A stretch of 64,000 nucleotides of DNA from an uncultured Gammaproteobacteria bacterium (GCA_964448705.1 CAYUZS010000002.1:49577-113576), one strand, 5' to 3'. Shown: positions 1 to 9,162, numbered from the stretch's first letter. Numbers and translations: made by a program. Notes: a model not told the origin generated them from the sequence alone.

Positions 1-691
1 CTTTACCGGTAAGATGGCCTGAAGTTAGGGCTAAAATAATCTGATCCGAATGATATGAAGAATTCTGGGGGTCGACCAGAGATTCAAAACGCTGTCGGCG
101 ATAGGGAGAAGTTAAAACCAAAATTAAACTGGCAGAAATGGCAAAAAGACATAGGACAAAAAGGGAAACAATTTCACCACCGGAGAGATAATACATGGTA
201 ATTACGGTGGCAGCAATTAAAATAGAAGTGCTTAAATTCGGTTCCAGAATGATTAACACCAGAGGAATGCCAAGATAGATGATTAAGTTTTTAATGTTGC
301 GGGAACGATCGTCAATAAATATTTTGGAAAAAAAGATAATTGCGGTCAGTTTGAATATTTCCGAAGGCTGGATGCCAAAAAAGCCGACATCAAACCAGCG
401 GCGGGCGCCGAGGACCTGATTTCCGAATTGAGGAATCAAAACGAGAATTAATAAACCTAAAGTAAGAAAATAAAATGTCTGAGAATATTTTTTAAGAAAA
501 CTAAATTTAATTTTAGCGGCGACAAAAAAAGCCGCGATGCCGACAACGGACCAAATCAATTGTTTTTTAATAAAATATAATTTGTCTCCGGCAGTGTAGA
601 CGGCTTCGGAAATAGAAGAAAGAGAAATGAAGAGCAGTCCAATCATGAGCAATAGTCCGGTAAGAAAGATCAAATTGGAATGTTTTTTCAT
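1..691 (-). CDS. ftsW: FtsW/RodA SEDS-family peptidoglycan glycosyltransferase (5' part; runs off the window edge)
   Basis: Hand translation from ATG at 691 gives MKKHSNLIFLTGLLLMIGLL...GARRWFDVGFFGIQPSEIFK...EPNLSTS, which are SEDS motifs. Multiple TM segments; dcw context. Not in the ORF track because it is truncated. Confidence 0.88.
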   Translation of the reverse strand, partial: MKKHSNLIFLTGLLLMIGLLFISLSSISEAVYTAGDKLYFIKKQLIWSVVGIAAFFVAAKIKFSFLKKYSQTFYFLTLGLLILVLIPQFGNQVLGARRWFDVGFFGIQPSEIFKLTAIIFFSKIFIDDRSRNIKNLIIYLGIPLVLIILEPNLSTSILIAATVITMYYLSGGEIVSLFVLCLFAISASLILVLTSPYRRQRFESLVDPQNSSYHSDQIILALTSGHLTGK

Positions 692-1797
692 AAAACGTTA
701 GCAATAACAGCGGGACTGATGGAAACAGGATCGGCAGAAGGAGAGAAGGTGGAAAACTGATGATATTTTTTTATGGTGACACCATTTGCATCTTTACGGG
801 TGATTTCCGAACCAATGAGTTGTGGATCGGTTGATCTGGAAACACCGGAGATATCGGTCGGTAAATTACAAAATTCAGACAGGTGGTAATAAAATAAAGG
901 GGTATAACCGGCATTTTTTTCTATTTCGGTATAAAAGGCAAAAGAGGCAGTAAGACGGGCGTTACATTCCAGAAGATAAACTTTGTCTTCCGAAACTAAA
1001 AAGTCTAAACCGAAAAAACCACGGAAATGTTGGGTTTTAAGGTATTCGGAAAAAGATTCAGTTAAGGCGTTGATCTGAGAAATAATTTCGGCGGGGGCCT
1101 GCGAGGGCCATTGACGGCCGACAGTAGCTAGAGGGTTGTCGGTTAATTGGGAAAGACCGGTATATTGAAGTCCAGGAGGACTGGTGATTAATCCCCTGCC
1201 GGTTAAACAGCAATTATTTATGAGTGAATAACCCGGTAAATATTTGGAAAATTTTACAATAGTACCGGGAGCGATTAACGACTGAACATCGGAAAAATCA
1301 TTTGAAAGATGGGAACTGTTTCCGGCCCAGCCGAAATGGGTTTGGATAACCAGAGGGGAGCCGAAATCCGCCATTGCCCGAGAGTAGTTTTCCTGATTGA
1401 AAGAAATAACTAAGTTAGGGATTTGGGGAAAATTTTGCTGATGACAAATTTCGACAAATTTTATTTTATCTTCGAGATAACGATTGAGAGAAGCGGGATT
1501 AGAAATTAATAGCCAATTGTTTTGAGTACAAAGGTGTTCAATTCTGGCTGAGGGTTTGAAAGGGATTATTGCCGGTTGACGACCGGTTGATTGCGAATGC
1601 TGTTTAATAAATTCAATTGTTTTTGGGTGGGAGAGCAATCTTCCGGAATTTTTTTCCGGCAAACTGATTCCAATTTTTTCCGGAGAAATAGAAATGAAAT
1701 TACTTATTTCCGGAAGACTGATATCAAGAAATTGATCGACGACCAAAAAATAAAAATCATAAGGAGCAAGATTGAGGGTTTCCAGAAGTGAGGTCAT
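688..1797 (-). CDS. ATP-grasp domain ligase, substrate unknown
   Basis: LEDKIKF, VIQTHFGWAGNSS, GFFGLDFL and LLECNARLTAS (ExNxR) are ATP-grasp motifs. Overlaps the ftsW start by 4 nt. Confidence 0.8.
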   Translation of the reverse strand: MTSLLETLNLAPYDFYFLVVDQFLDISLPEISNFISISPEKIGISLPEKNSGRLLSHPKTIEFIKQHSQSTGRQPAIIPFKPSARIEHLCTQNNWLLISNPASLNRYLEDKIKFVEICHQQNFPQIPNLVISFNQENYSRAMADFGSPLVIQTHFGWAGNSSHLSNDFSDVQSLIAPGTIVKFSKYLPGYSLINNCCLTGRGLITSPPGLQYTGLSQLTDNPLATVGRQWPSQAPAEIISQINALTESFSEYLKTQHFRGFFGLDFLVSEDKVYLLECNARLTASFAFYTEIEKNAGYTPLFYYHLSEFCNLPTDISGVSRSTDPQLIGSEITRKDANGVTIKKYHQFSTFSPSADPVSISPAVIANVL

Positions 1798-2600
1798 CTT
1801 TTGGTTCCGGTTAATAAAATAAGCGGATAAAGACCAGGATCATATTTTTCGAGGGCTTTTTTATATCCGGCAAAAGCCATAACACCTTCGGGAGAAGTAG
1901 AAAGATTATTAATATCAAAAAAGGCCGAAGCATCTTCAATTTGATGATTGTTGATAACAATACCTGAACCGGAGGAATTTTTGATGGCAGTAATAACTTG
2001 GGATTTTAAGGGAAGGAGTTTAACGGTTAAAGAATCGGTTAATGATTCTTTTTCCGGTTGATAATTTTGGTCGAAGAAGGAAGCGATGGGACAATTATTT
2101 GCCGGCTGAACTGCAAATATTTTAACTGAATCGGCCAGTTTTTGAGAAATACCCAAGAGGGTGGTGCCGCTACCCACCGGTATAAAAATACTGGTAACTT
2201 GAGGAAGTTGGGCCATTATTTCCGAGCCGATTTCCTGATAGCCGATTAAGGCGGCAGGATCTGTTGATTGACGTAAGAGATAACTTTGATTGGTTTTGGA
2301 AAAGCGAAAAGCTTCGGAGATCGGTTTGGGAGTGGTAAAAATTTTAGAATGTTTGATCAGAGCCAATTTTTGGGGATTAATTCCCGGAGAGACGAAGACA
2401 GTTAAAGGGATATTTTTTTGATGACAAAAATAATCTGCAGAAATAGCGGCGTTACCAGTGCTGGAAATGACGGCTGAAGAATAATTGAGTTTTTGTAACC
2501 GGTCAAGTTGGGCAGCAATTGCCCTATCTTTGGCAGAACCGGTTAGGTTTTGATCTTCTCTTTTAAAATAGACTGAATCAAATTTGACTATGGGTGTCAT
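1794..2600 (-). CDS. PLP-dependent fold-type II enzyme (threonine synthase/cysteine synthase-like)
   Basis: FKREDQNLTGSAKDR (PLP lysine motif), SSTGNAA, PVGSGTT phosphate loop, C-terminal LLTG. Confidence 0.85.
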   Translation of the reverse strand: MTPIVKFDSVYFKREDQNLTGSAKDRAIAAQLDRLQKLNYSSAVISSTGNAAISADYFCHQKNIPLTVFVSPGINPQKLALIKHSKIFTTPKPISEAFRFSKTNQSYLLRQSTDPAALIGYQEIGSEIMAQLPQVTSIFIPVGSGTTLLGISQKLADSVKIFAVQPANNCPIASFFDQNYQPEKESLTDSLTVKLLPLKSQVITAIKNSSGSGIVINNHQIEDASAFFDINNLSTSPEGVMAFAGYKKALEKYDPGLYPLILLTGTKR

Positions 2601-2638
2601 ATAATAGTATAAGGATTATATATTTATTTGGAATCAAA

Positions 2639-2806
2639 ATGAATCTAGAAGAAAATAAAATCATCTGTCCTGATTGTCAGGCGGAAATAATTAAACCTGA
2701 AACAATGGCAGTAGGCGACATTCTGGAATGCGCTGAGTGCGGTACTGAAGTGGAAATATTGTCTTTGGAACCTATTAAATACAAAGAGTTGGTTGAAGAA
2801 AAATAA
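2639..2806 (+). CDS. LysW-like zinc-ribbon amino-group carrier protein with atypical C-terminus
   Basis: 55 aa from ATG 2639: CPDC...GDILECAECGTEVEILSLEP matches the LysW pattern. It ends LVEEK rather than EDWGE. Confidence 0.75.
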   Translation: MNLEENKIICPDCQAEIIKPETMAVGDILECAECGTEVEILSLEPIKYKELVEEK

Positions 2807-2807
2807 A

Positions 2808-3356
2808 TTATTTCTGTAAATTAAGACGATAAAATCCCTGATGTGGAAATTCGGGATTGTCAATTTCAAATTTTCCCAAAACTACTCCCCTCTTTTTTTG
2901 ATTGCTTTCCAGGTATTCAACCAGATTACCGGTTTTTTTAATGACAAACAAAACATGCCGGCCGTTATTTTGACGAACCAGATCACCGGTAGTTAAAGAG
3001 TCAGAATCAACCGGCGATGATAGAGGGTATGAGGTGAGCATGTCGGCAGAAGTTTTTCGGGGATTGAGACTGGTTTTAAAATAAAAATTTAGGAGGTGAC
3101 AAACGAGTCCGGAGCAATCGATACCGAGATGATGTTTCTTTTGGAAATTGTAAATTTGTGAAGAGGAAAAATTAATTAACTTAACATTTTCGTTGTTGGC
3201 AAATTCGATTGTCTTTAAGGCAATTTCTTTGGCAGAACCTTTTCCAACTAAAGCATTTTCCCCATTATTTTTATACTTTCCCTTATTAATGAAATAGGGA
3301 ATACCAAGATAGGTGTTGATTTCTTGAAGAAGAGAATTTAATTTAGGCCTAACCAT
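2808..3356 (-). CDS. NlpC/P60-family cysteine peptidase
   Basis: YLGIPY, GIDCSGLV (catalytic Cys), GDLV...RHVLFV (His). Start reassigned to ATG 3356 to reduce the overlap with mraY. Confidence 0.8.
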   Translation of the reverse strand: MVRPKLNSLLQEINTYLGIPYFINKGKYKNNGENALVGKGSAKEIALKTIEFANNENVKLINFSSSQIYNFQKKHHLGIDCSGLVCHLLNFYFKTSLNPRKTSADMLTSYPLSSPVDSDSLTTGDLVRQNNGRHVLFVIKKTGNLVEYLESNQKKRGVVLGKFEIDNPEFPHQGFYRLNLQK

Positions 3357-4372
3357 AGAGCAACAACTGCTAATATAATCGCCGCCAGCCAAGCCCGAAA
3401 GACGATTTTTGGTTCTTCCCAACCGATTTTTTGAAAAGTCAGATGAAGCGGTGCTGCCGGCAAAATTTTTCTTTTAAAATAGATTTTACTGAGTATTTGG
3501 ACTGCACTACTCATACCTTCAACGATAAACGGCAGTCCGACGATAAATAAAGGGACTAATTTACCTAATAAAATAGCTATTACGGCGATAGTGGCCCCAA
3601 AAGAAAGTGAGCCGACGTCACCAAGCCAGATACGGGCCGGATAAATATTAAAGTAAAGGAAAGCAATTAAAGCCCCCAACCATAAAGCAAGAAATAGAGA
3701 AATGGGAGTGTCTAAAGAATGGTTGGACAAAAACCAAAAAGCGAATAGAGCGATCATTAATAAACCACAGGAAAGTCCATCCAAACCATCGGTAATATTG
3801 AAAAAGTTAGCAAAGCCGACGATGATGGCTGTATACAAAGGTACAGAAAACCAACCCAAATTAACCGGCCCCAAGAAGGGAATGTAGACAAAATTAATTC
3901 CTAATTGAAAGACAGCATAAATGGAAATAAACAAAGCCAAAACAATCTGAAGAATAAGTTTGTGAACCATGCGAAGACCGAAAAACCCGGTTTTTGAAAA
4001 ACCAAAAAACTTTAAAATATCGTCGTATAGTCCCAGTAAAGCAAATCCGATAAAAGTGAAAAAGATGACGATAATTTCCTGATCGATTCGGTAGTTGCTG
4101 GAGATAAAAATGTTGGAAAAATGAAGCAAGGGAAAGAGGGATAAAAACAGAACAGTTACTGTAACAATGATCAAAAGACCGCCGCCGACCGGGGTGCCTG
4201 ATTTTTGACTATGAAAACGATCAAAAATTGGGGTGCGTTTGTTTTGAAAATCGAGGGTTTTTTGATTTTGACGCTGAAATTTTAGTTTATAGAGAAGATT
4301 GATAAAAGGAACAACAAGAATGCTGTTGGTGAGAAAGGAGAATAATAGTAAACCTAGATATAAATGGATCAC
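3338..4372 (-). CDS. mraY: Phospho-N-acetylmuramoyl-pentapeptide transferase
   Basis: KSGTPVGGG, GLYDD, NFFNITDGLDGL, PARIWLGDVGSL, APLHLTF...GWEEPKIV; about 10 TM segments. Confidence 0.93.
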   Translation of the reverse strand: MIHLYLGLLLFSFLTNSILVVPFINLLYKLKFQRQNQKTLDFQNKRTPIFDRFHSQKSGTPVGGGLLIIVTVTVLFLSLFPLLHFSNIFISSNYRIDQEIIVIFFTFIGFALLGLYDDILKFFGFSKTGFFGLRMVHKLILQIVLALFISIYAVFQLGINFVYIPFLGPVNLGWFSVPLYTAIIVGFANFFNITDGLDGLSCGLLMIALFAFWFLSNHSLDTPISLFLALWLGALIAFLYFNIYPARIWLGDVGSLSFGATIAVIAILLGKLVPLFIVGLPFIVEGMSSAVQILSKIYFKRKILPAAPLHLTFQKIGWEEPKIVFRAWLAAIILAVVALWLGLN

Positions 4373-4378
4373 TTTAGA

Positions 4379-5659
4379 TTAGATTATAAACTGTTTTAAA
4401 TTATTAAGTCCATCGAGACCTCCGGAACTAAAATGAATCAAGAGATCTCCCGGCTTTAGATTAGCGGAAAGATAGGTGAAGATATCGTCTTCAATCGGTA
4501 AATATTTCATTTTTTCACCGAGAACTTTTTGCCAATTAGCAGCTGTTACCCGATCATTTTTACCTGTATTGGCGGAAAAATGAATTTTTGAAAGGATAAA
4601 TTCATGACACATATTCTTGATTTGAGAAAAATCGTTAAGACTTTTTTGATTTTGAAGAAATTTGGCATGAGGCTCGAAATAGACAAAAATCCGACGTTTT
4701 GGATAAGCTTGTTGAAGTGCGGTGAGGGCTGAATAGACCCGGGAACCGGACTGAGCAAAATCGTCATAGATTAAAATATTGTTTTTGGAAGAAATTTTTT
4801 CCAGACGTCGTTTTAATCCGGGAAAAGTAGCGATATATTTTAAAATAATAGTACTTTTTAGGCCTAATTGATGACAAAAAGTATAAGCAGCGGCAATATT
4901 TTGCTGATTATATTGACCGATAAGTTTGGATTTGAAAACTTTGTCTATTTGATAATCAAAGGTCGGGGCCTTGCTTTCAGAAATAATCTTTTTTATTTCA
5001 CTGTCCTGTCCGTTATAAACAATAAATCCGTTTTCGGGTACATTTTTAATTAATTGCCGAAAGGCTTCAAAATTTTTTTCGGAGGTGGAATAAGATTCTT
5101 TATGTTCCCATTGAGCACTGGTGAGGATTAAATATTTGACAGGATAATAGAGAAATTTTGCTTTGGTATCCAGCCCGTTGATGGATTCATCGGCTTCAAC
5201 TACAGACCAGTTTGAAGTGGTGGAATTGATGGAAGGAGAATGATTAACAAGCTGGCCGCCAAAAAAATAATTTGGATGGTAGCCGGATTTATCCATAATC
5301 CAGGAAACAAGGGCGGTGATAGTGCTTTTGCCGTATGATCCGGCGACTAAAATAGAGTTTCCCCTAATTAAACTTTTAGCGATGAATTCAGTGGCGGTGG
5401 TGTAGGGAATATTAAGTTTTTTTATTTGTTCCCATTCTTCGACACATTTAGAAAAAGACAAAAAAGATGAACCAACAATGACGGCATCAATATGGGTGTT
5501 AATAGGAGTTTTATTCAACGGAATATCGGCGATAAGTTGACTGATGGGAGGATAGATTTTATCTTGGTCTGAACCGGTGACCTCGTGACCCTGCTGTTTT
5601 AAAATCATGGCAATTTGAGCTGTCATGACTCCGGCGATACCAAGAATATGAATATGCAT
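4379..5659 (-). CDS. Mur ligase, Mpl (murein peptide ligase)/MurC-like
   Basis: N-terminus MHIHILGIAG...GHEVTGSDQDKIYPP closely resembles Mpl. Also AGSYGKSTIT P-loop, VVEADE, FPGLKRRLE, YDDFAQ, FEPH and SSGGLDG. Confidence 0.8.
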   Translation of the reverse strand: MHIHILGIAGVMTAQIAMILKQQGHEVTGSDQDKIYPPISQLIADIPLNKTPINTHIDAVIVGSSFLSFSKCVEEWEQIKKLNIPYTTATEFIAKSLIRGNSILVAGSYGKSTITALVSWIMDKSGYHPNYFFGGQLVNHSPSINSTTSNWSVVEADESINGLDTKAKFLYYPVKYLILTSAQWEHKESYSTSEKNFEAFRQLIKNVPENGFIVYNGQDSEIKKIISESKAPTFDYQIDKVFKSKLIGQYNQQNIAAAYTFCHQLGLKSTIILKYIATFPGLKRRLEKISSKNNILIYDDFAQSGSRVYSALTALQQAYPKRRIFVYFEPHAKFLQNQKSLNDFSQIKNMCHEFILSKIHFSANTGKNDRVTAANWQKVLGEKMKYLPIEDDIFTYLSANLKPGDLLIHFSSGGLDGLNNLKQFII

Positions 5660-5664
5660 ATTTA

Positions 5665-6261
5665 TCAGTGATTAATATAGGGAACCCAAGAATTATTATA
5701 ATAGTATTCAAAACCAGGAAAACTGCGTTTGTAAAATCCTAATTTAGTCTCCGGATTAAATCTGCCTAAATAAGTGTATTTTAGCTGTTGTTCGTGGGAA
5801 TCGATGACAACCTGTAATGGACAGCGAATAGGGAGATCCTGATGAGAATATTTAGGATCGTAAAATAGGTAGGCGACATGGGAAATTGTCGGGGAAAAAT
5901 AACAAACGGCATAGGCGGCGACAACATCATGGTCGTAAAAAATATAAAGTCGATTGAAGATATGGTCGGTGAAAACTTTTTTTATGGAACTGGTGGGAAA
6001 ATCCCAGTTTAATTCCTTTACCCAATCATGAATTTGTTTTTGGAGCTTTGGGGTGTAAACAAAATCGGAAAGATTAACTGTTTTGTAAGTGATGTTTTCA
6101 GTTTTTTTTAAAATACGACGATTTTCGGAATTTAAGACAAAATTTTCCAAATTAGAACGACAGCTGCTTTCCTGATAAAAAATATTCTTTTCGTTGCGTT
6201 GAGGCAAAAGACCAAGATCGTAATTTTCTTCGATAGTAAGTTCGTTTTTAATGTTAAACAT
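5665..6261 (-). CDS. Arginyl-tRNA--protein transferase (ATE/Bpt)-like GNAT-fold aminoacyl transferase
   Basis: FYQESSCRSNLENFVLNSENRRILKK resembles ATE_N. YLFYDPKYS...YTYLG...YKRSF resembles ATE_C. Confidence 0.65.
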   Translation of the reverse strand: MFNIKNELTIEENYDLGLLPQRNEKNIFYQESSCRSNLENFVLNSENRRILKKTENITYKTVNLSDFVYTPKLQKQIHDWVKELNWDFPTSSIKKVFTDHIFNRLYIFYDHDVVAAYAVCYFSPTISHVAYLFYDPKYSHQDLPIRCPLQVVIDSHEQQLKYTYLGRFNPETKLGFYKRSFPGFEYYYNNSWVPYINH

Positions 6262-7522
6262 GCTGTTTTCTTAATCTAAAAGCGGATCTAAAAGCTTCGG
6301 ATTCGGACCAGGGATATTCAGTTTTACCATGAAGAATGGTAGTTTCGTGACCTTTACCGCAGGCGATTATAGTATCGCCCGGAGAGGCAAGTTTAACAGC
6401 TAAATTAAAAGCATCCTGACGATTGGGAATATCGTAATAAACGAAAGATTTATTTTGGAGACGATCCGGATCTATACCTTCAATTATCTGTGAATTAATA
6501 TCTTCAACTTTTTCATTACGGGTATCATCGGCGGTAATAATAGCAATGTCAGCTATTTTTGACACCTCGTAACCCATAATCGGGCGTTTGCTTTGGTCGC
6601 GGCCGCCGGTAGCGCCGAAAATAACAATCAACTTACCTGAAGTAATCTGACGAAGTGAAGAAAGGGTGTTTTTTAAGGCATTTGGAGTGTGGGCAAAATC
6701 GACGATAGTCCGAAAACGAAAACGATTGGAGACCTCTTCCCGGCGACCTTTAATTTCCGGAAAATGACGAATAGTGTTAATTAAAATTTGGGGATCAAAT
6801 TTTAACCAATTTAAAATTCCGTAGGCAGTCAAAATATTATAAATTTGATAACGATAGTTACTGTCGGTTTTGAAAGTTAATCCATTGACCGAAAAAGAAA
6901 GAAGGTCTGATTTATCGGAAATATTTTTAGCCTGATAATCGGATTTTTTTTCGATACTATAGGTGGTAAAAGGAACTTTAAGAGCAGGACTGATTTGAGA
7001 AAAAGTAGAATCATCTTTATTTAGAACAGCATAGCGGCACTTTTTAAAAATGAGACTTTTAGTGGAAACATAGTCGTCCATATCTAAAAAATCATCAAGG
7101 TGTTCATGAGAGGTATTGGTGATAGCGGCGACTTTAAAATTACAGCCATAAAATCGAAATTGGTCCAAGGCATGAGCAGTAACTTCGATAACGACGTGAG
7201 TAACTCCCTGATCTACCATCTGACGCAGTAAAAACTGAACTTTTGAGGAATCGGGAGAAGTGGTGTGGAGACCGATAGTTGATTCCTGGGTACCGATTTT
7301 AGAGCCGACAGTACTGATGAGTCCTGCCTTAATACCGGCGTTTAGTAAACATTGGTGAATAAGAACTGAGGTGGTGGTTTTACCATCAGTTCCGGTGATA
7401 CCAATGATAATCAGTTTCCGGGAAGGAAAGCGATAATAAAAGTTATAATACAAACTTTTGGGAAAATGCCAAAGAATATTTTTTATTTTCTGTTTAACTC
7501 TTTTTAATTTACGCTTAAACAT
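6254..7522 (-). CDS. murE: UDP-MurNAc-dipeptide amino acid ligase MurE
   Basis: GITGTDGKTTT, EVTAHALDQFR, TNTSHEHLD, VDFAHTPNAL, FGATGGRDQSKRPIMG, GKGHE. Confidence 0.9.
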   Translation of the reverse strand: MFKRKLKRVKQKIKNILWHFPKSLYYNFYYRFPSRKLIIIGITGTDGKTTTSVLIHQCLLNAGIKAGLISTVGSKIGTQESTIGLHTTSPDSSKVQFLLRQMVDQGVTHVVIEVTAHALDQFRFYGCNFKVAAITNTSHEHLDDFLDMDDYVSTKSLIFKKCRYAVLNKDDSTFSQISPALKVPFTTYSIEKKSDYQAKNISDKSDLLSFSVNGLTFKTDSNYRYQIYNILTAYGILNWLKFDPQILINTIRHFPEIKGRREEVSNRFRFRTIVDFAHTPNALKNTLSSLRQITSGKLIVIFGATGGRDQSKRPIMGYEVSKIADIAIITADDTRNEKVEDINSQIIEGIDPDRLQNKSFVYYDIPNRQDAFNLAVKLASPGDTIIACGKGHETTILHGKTEYPWSESEAFRSAFRLRKQHV

Positions 7523-7535
7523 AGGTTCATTTGAA

Positions 7536-9161
7536 TTATAACAGAGGAGTGATTTTAGAGGCTAATTCAAACCATATCGGAGCGGCGGTGCTTGAACCCC
7601 AAGGTGAACTTTTGGGATTGTTGATAGTGACAATCATAGTAAATTTGGGATTTTGACAAGGACTAAAACCGACATAAGAAGCATTGGTAAAAGATTCGGA
7701 ATAGCCGCCGGTGACAGCAACCTGAGCGGTACCGCTTTTGGCACAAACTTCAAGATCTTTTGGTCTAAATTGGTTAACGACACCGTTTTCAACGGCGTAT
7801 TTAAGAATTTCTTTAATGGTGTCAGTTGTAGACTTCTTGAATACTTCCGAAGGTTGGGGTAAATTATTGTTTATGATTTGGCTGCGGTCTTCAAAGTATT
7901 CAACTAAATGCGGCTGGGACATTAAGCCATCATTGGCCAAAGTATTGAAAGCCTGAAGCATTTGAATTTGAGTGACAGCAAAACCCTGGCCAAAAGAAGC
8001 GGTAGCCAAATCAATTTCCGGCCAAACGGTTTTTTCCAACGGTTTAACTTCTCCCTGAAGATCGATTCCGGTTTTTCGATTTAGACCAAGCGATTGGAAA
8101 TATTGTTGAAAAGTATTTAAACCAAGAGTTTCGATAATATAGCTCATGCCGATGTTGTCGGAATTTTTGATGATATCCTGAAGAGATGAATCGGGATGAT
8201 ACGAATTGTCCCAGTTTCCGATGGAATATTGGCCAATTTGATGGGGTTGATTACATTTAGTACAAACATAATCGGTAGAGATAGTCCGACTATTAAGAGC
8301 CATAGAGACAACCAGTGGTTTAAAAATTGAACCAGGCTCAAAAAGATCGGCAATTATCGGGTTTTTATACATAGCACTGGGAGTGGCGGAAGATGTGGCG
8401 ACAAAGCTGGCCATGGCAATTATGCCTCCGGTTTGGGGATTCATGATGGTAATCGAGCCGGAGTCGGCGTCGTATTTTTTTAGGCCTTCGGATAGAGAAT
8501 TTTCAGCAAGATACTGGATCTGACGATTCAAAGAAATATGTAAATTTCTCCCATCCTGAGGTTCAATATACCACCCCGGTTTATTCAAAACGGTTTGTCC
8601 GGTGGCGTCAATCCCCTGCCAGGAAAAACCATCACGACCGGAAAGTTGTTTTTGATAATAGCCTTCGATACCGCCAAGAGTTTTTGAGCCAAGGATAAGA
8701 GAGCCTAAATTTTTTTCCGGATAATAACGGGAATTAATTGAAGAAAAAGTTATCCCGGGATCTTTTAAAGAGTTTTTTTCTTCATAAGAAAAATTATCTT
8801 TTAAGGTTAACCATTTCTGATTAGGATTTAGAAGAAATTTATTCAATTGTTCCAAGTCTTCAGTAGAAATTTGAGGATGGACATGTTGAATTAAATTAAC
8901 GATTTCTTCGGGTTTTGTTTTAAGATCCGGCTTGTATAGCGAAAGCTGATAAAAAGTTTGATTAATGGATAAAGGAAAACCTGAAGCATCGTAAATTTTT
9001 CCAAACTGAGGCAAAACAACATTTGGCTTATAACTTTGATTGATAATTTTTTGGCTGAATTCCGGATTTTTGATTATCTGCCAGTAGAACAACCTACCGA
9101 TGACGATAAAATAACAAAAAATTAAGGTGAAGGTGACGATTTTTAAACGTTGAGAAAACAT
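7536..9161 (-). CDS. ftsI: Class B penicillin-binding protein (FtsI/PBP2-like)
   Basis: N-terminal TM segment; EPGSIFK (SxxK), SDN (SxN) and KSGTAQ (KTG-like) motifs; downstream of rsmH and the ftsL-like gene. Confidence 0.85.
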   Translation of the reverse strand: MFSQRLKIVTFTLIFCYFIVIGRLFYWQIIKNPEFSQKIINQSYKPNVVLPQFGKIYDASGFPLSINQTFYQLSLYKPDLKTKPEEIVNLIQHVHPQISTEDLEQLNKFLLNPNQKWLTLKDNFSYEEKNSLKDPGITFSSINSRYYPEKNLGSLILGSKTLGGIEGYYQKQLSGRDGFSWQGIDATGQTVLNKPGWYIEPQDGRNLHISLNRQIQYLAENSLSEGLKKYDADSGSITIMNPQTGGIIAMASFVATSSATPSAMYKNPIIADLFEPGSIFKPLVVSMALNSRTISTDYVCTKCNQPHQIGQYSIGNWDNSYHPDSSLQDIIKNSDNIGMSYIIETLGLNTFQQYFQSLGLNRKTGIDLQGEVKPLEKTVWPEIDLATASFGQGFAVTQIQMLQAFNTLANDGLMSQPHLVEYFEDRSQIINNNLPQPSEVFKKSTTDTIKEILKYAVENGVVNQFRPKDLEVCAKSGTAQVAVTGGYSESFTNASYVGFSPCQNPKFTMIVTINNPKSSPWGSSTAAPIWFELASKITPLL

Positions 9162-9162
9162 T

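Noticed and set aside
688-2806. A LysW-dependent lysine/arginine pathway or a threonine biosynthesis operon
   Set aside because: No lysZ/lysY/lysJ/lysK, hom or thrB in the window; the carrier lacks EDWGE; the genes are coupled to ftsW.
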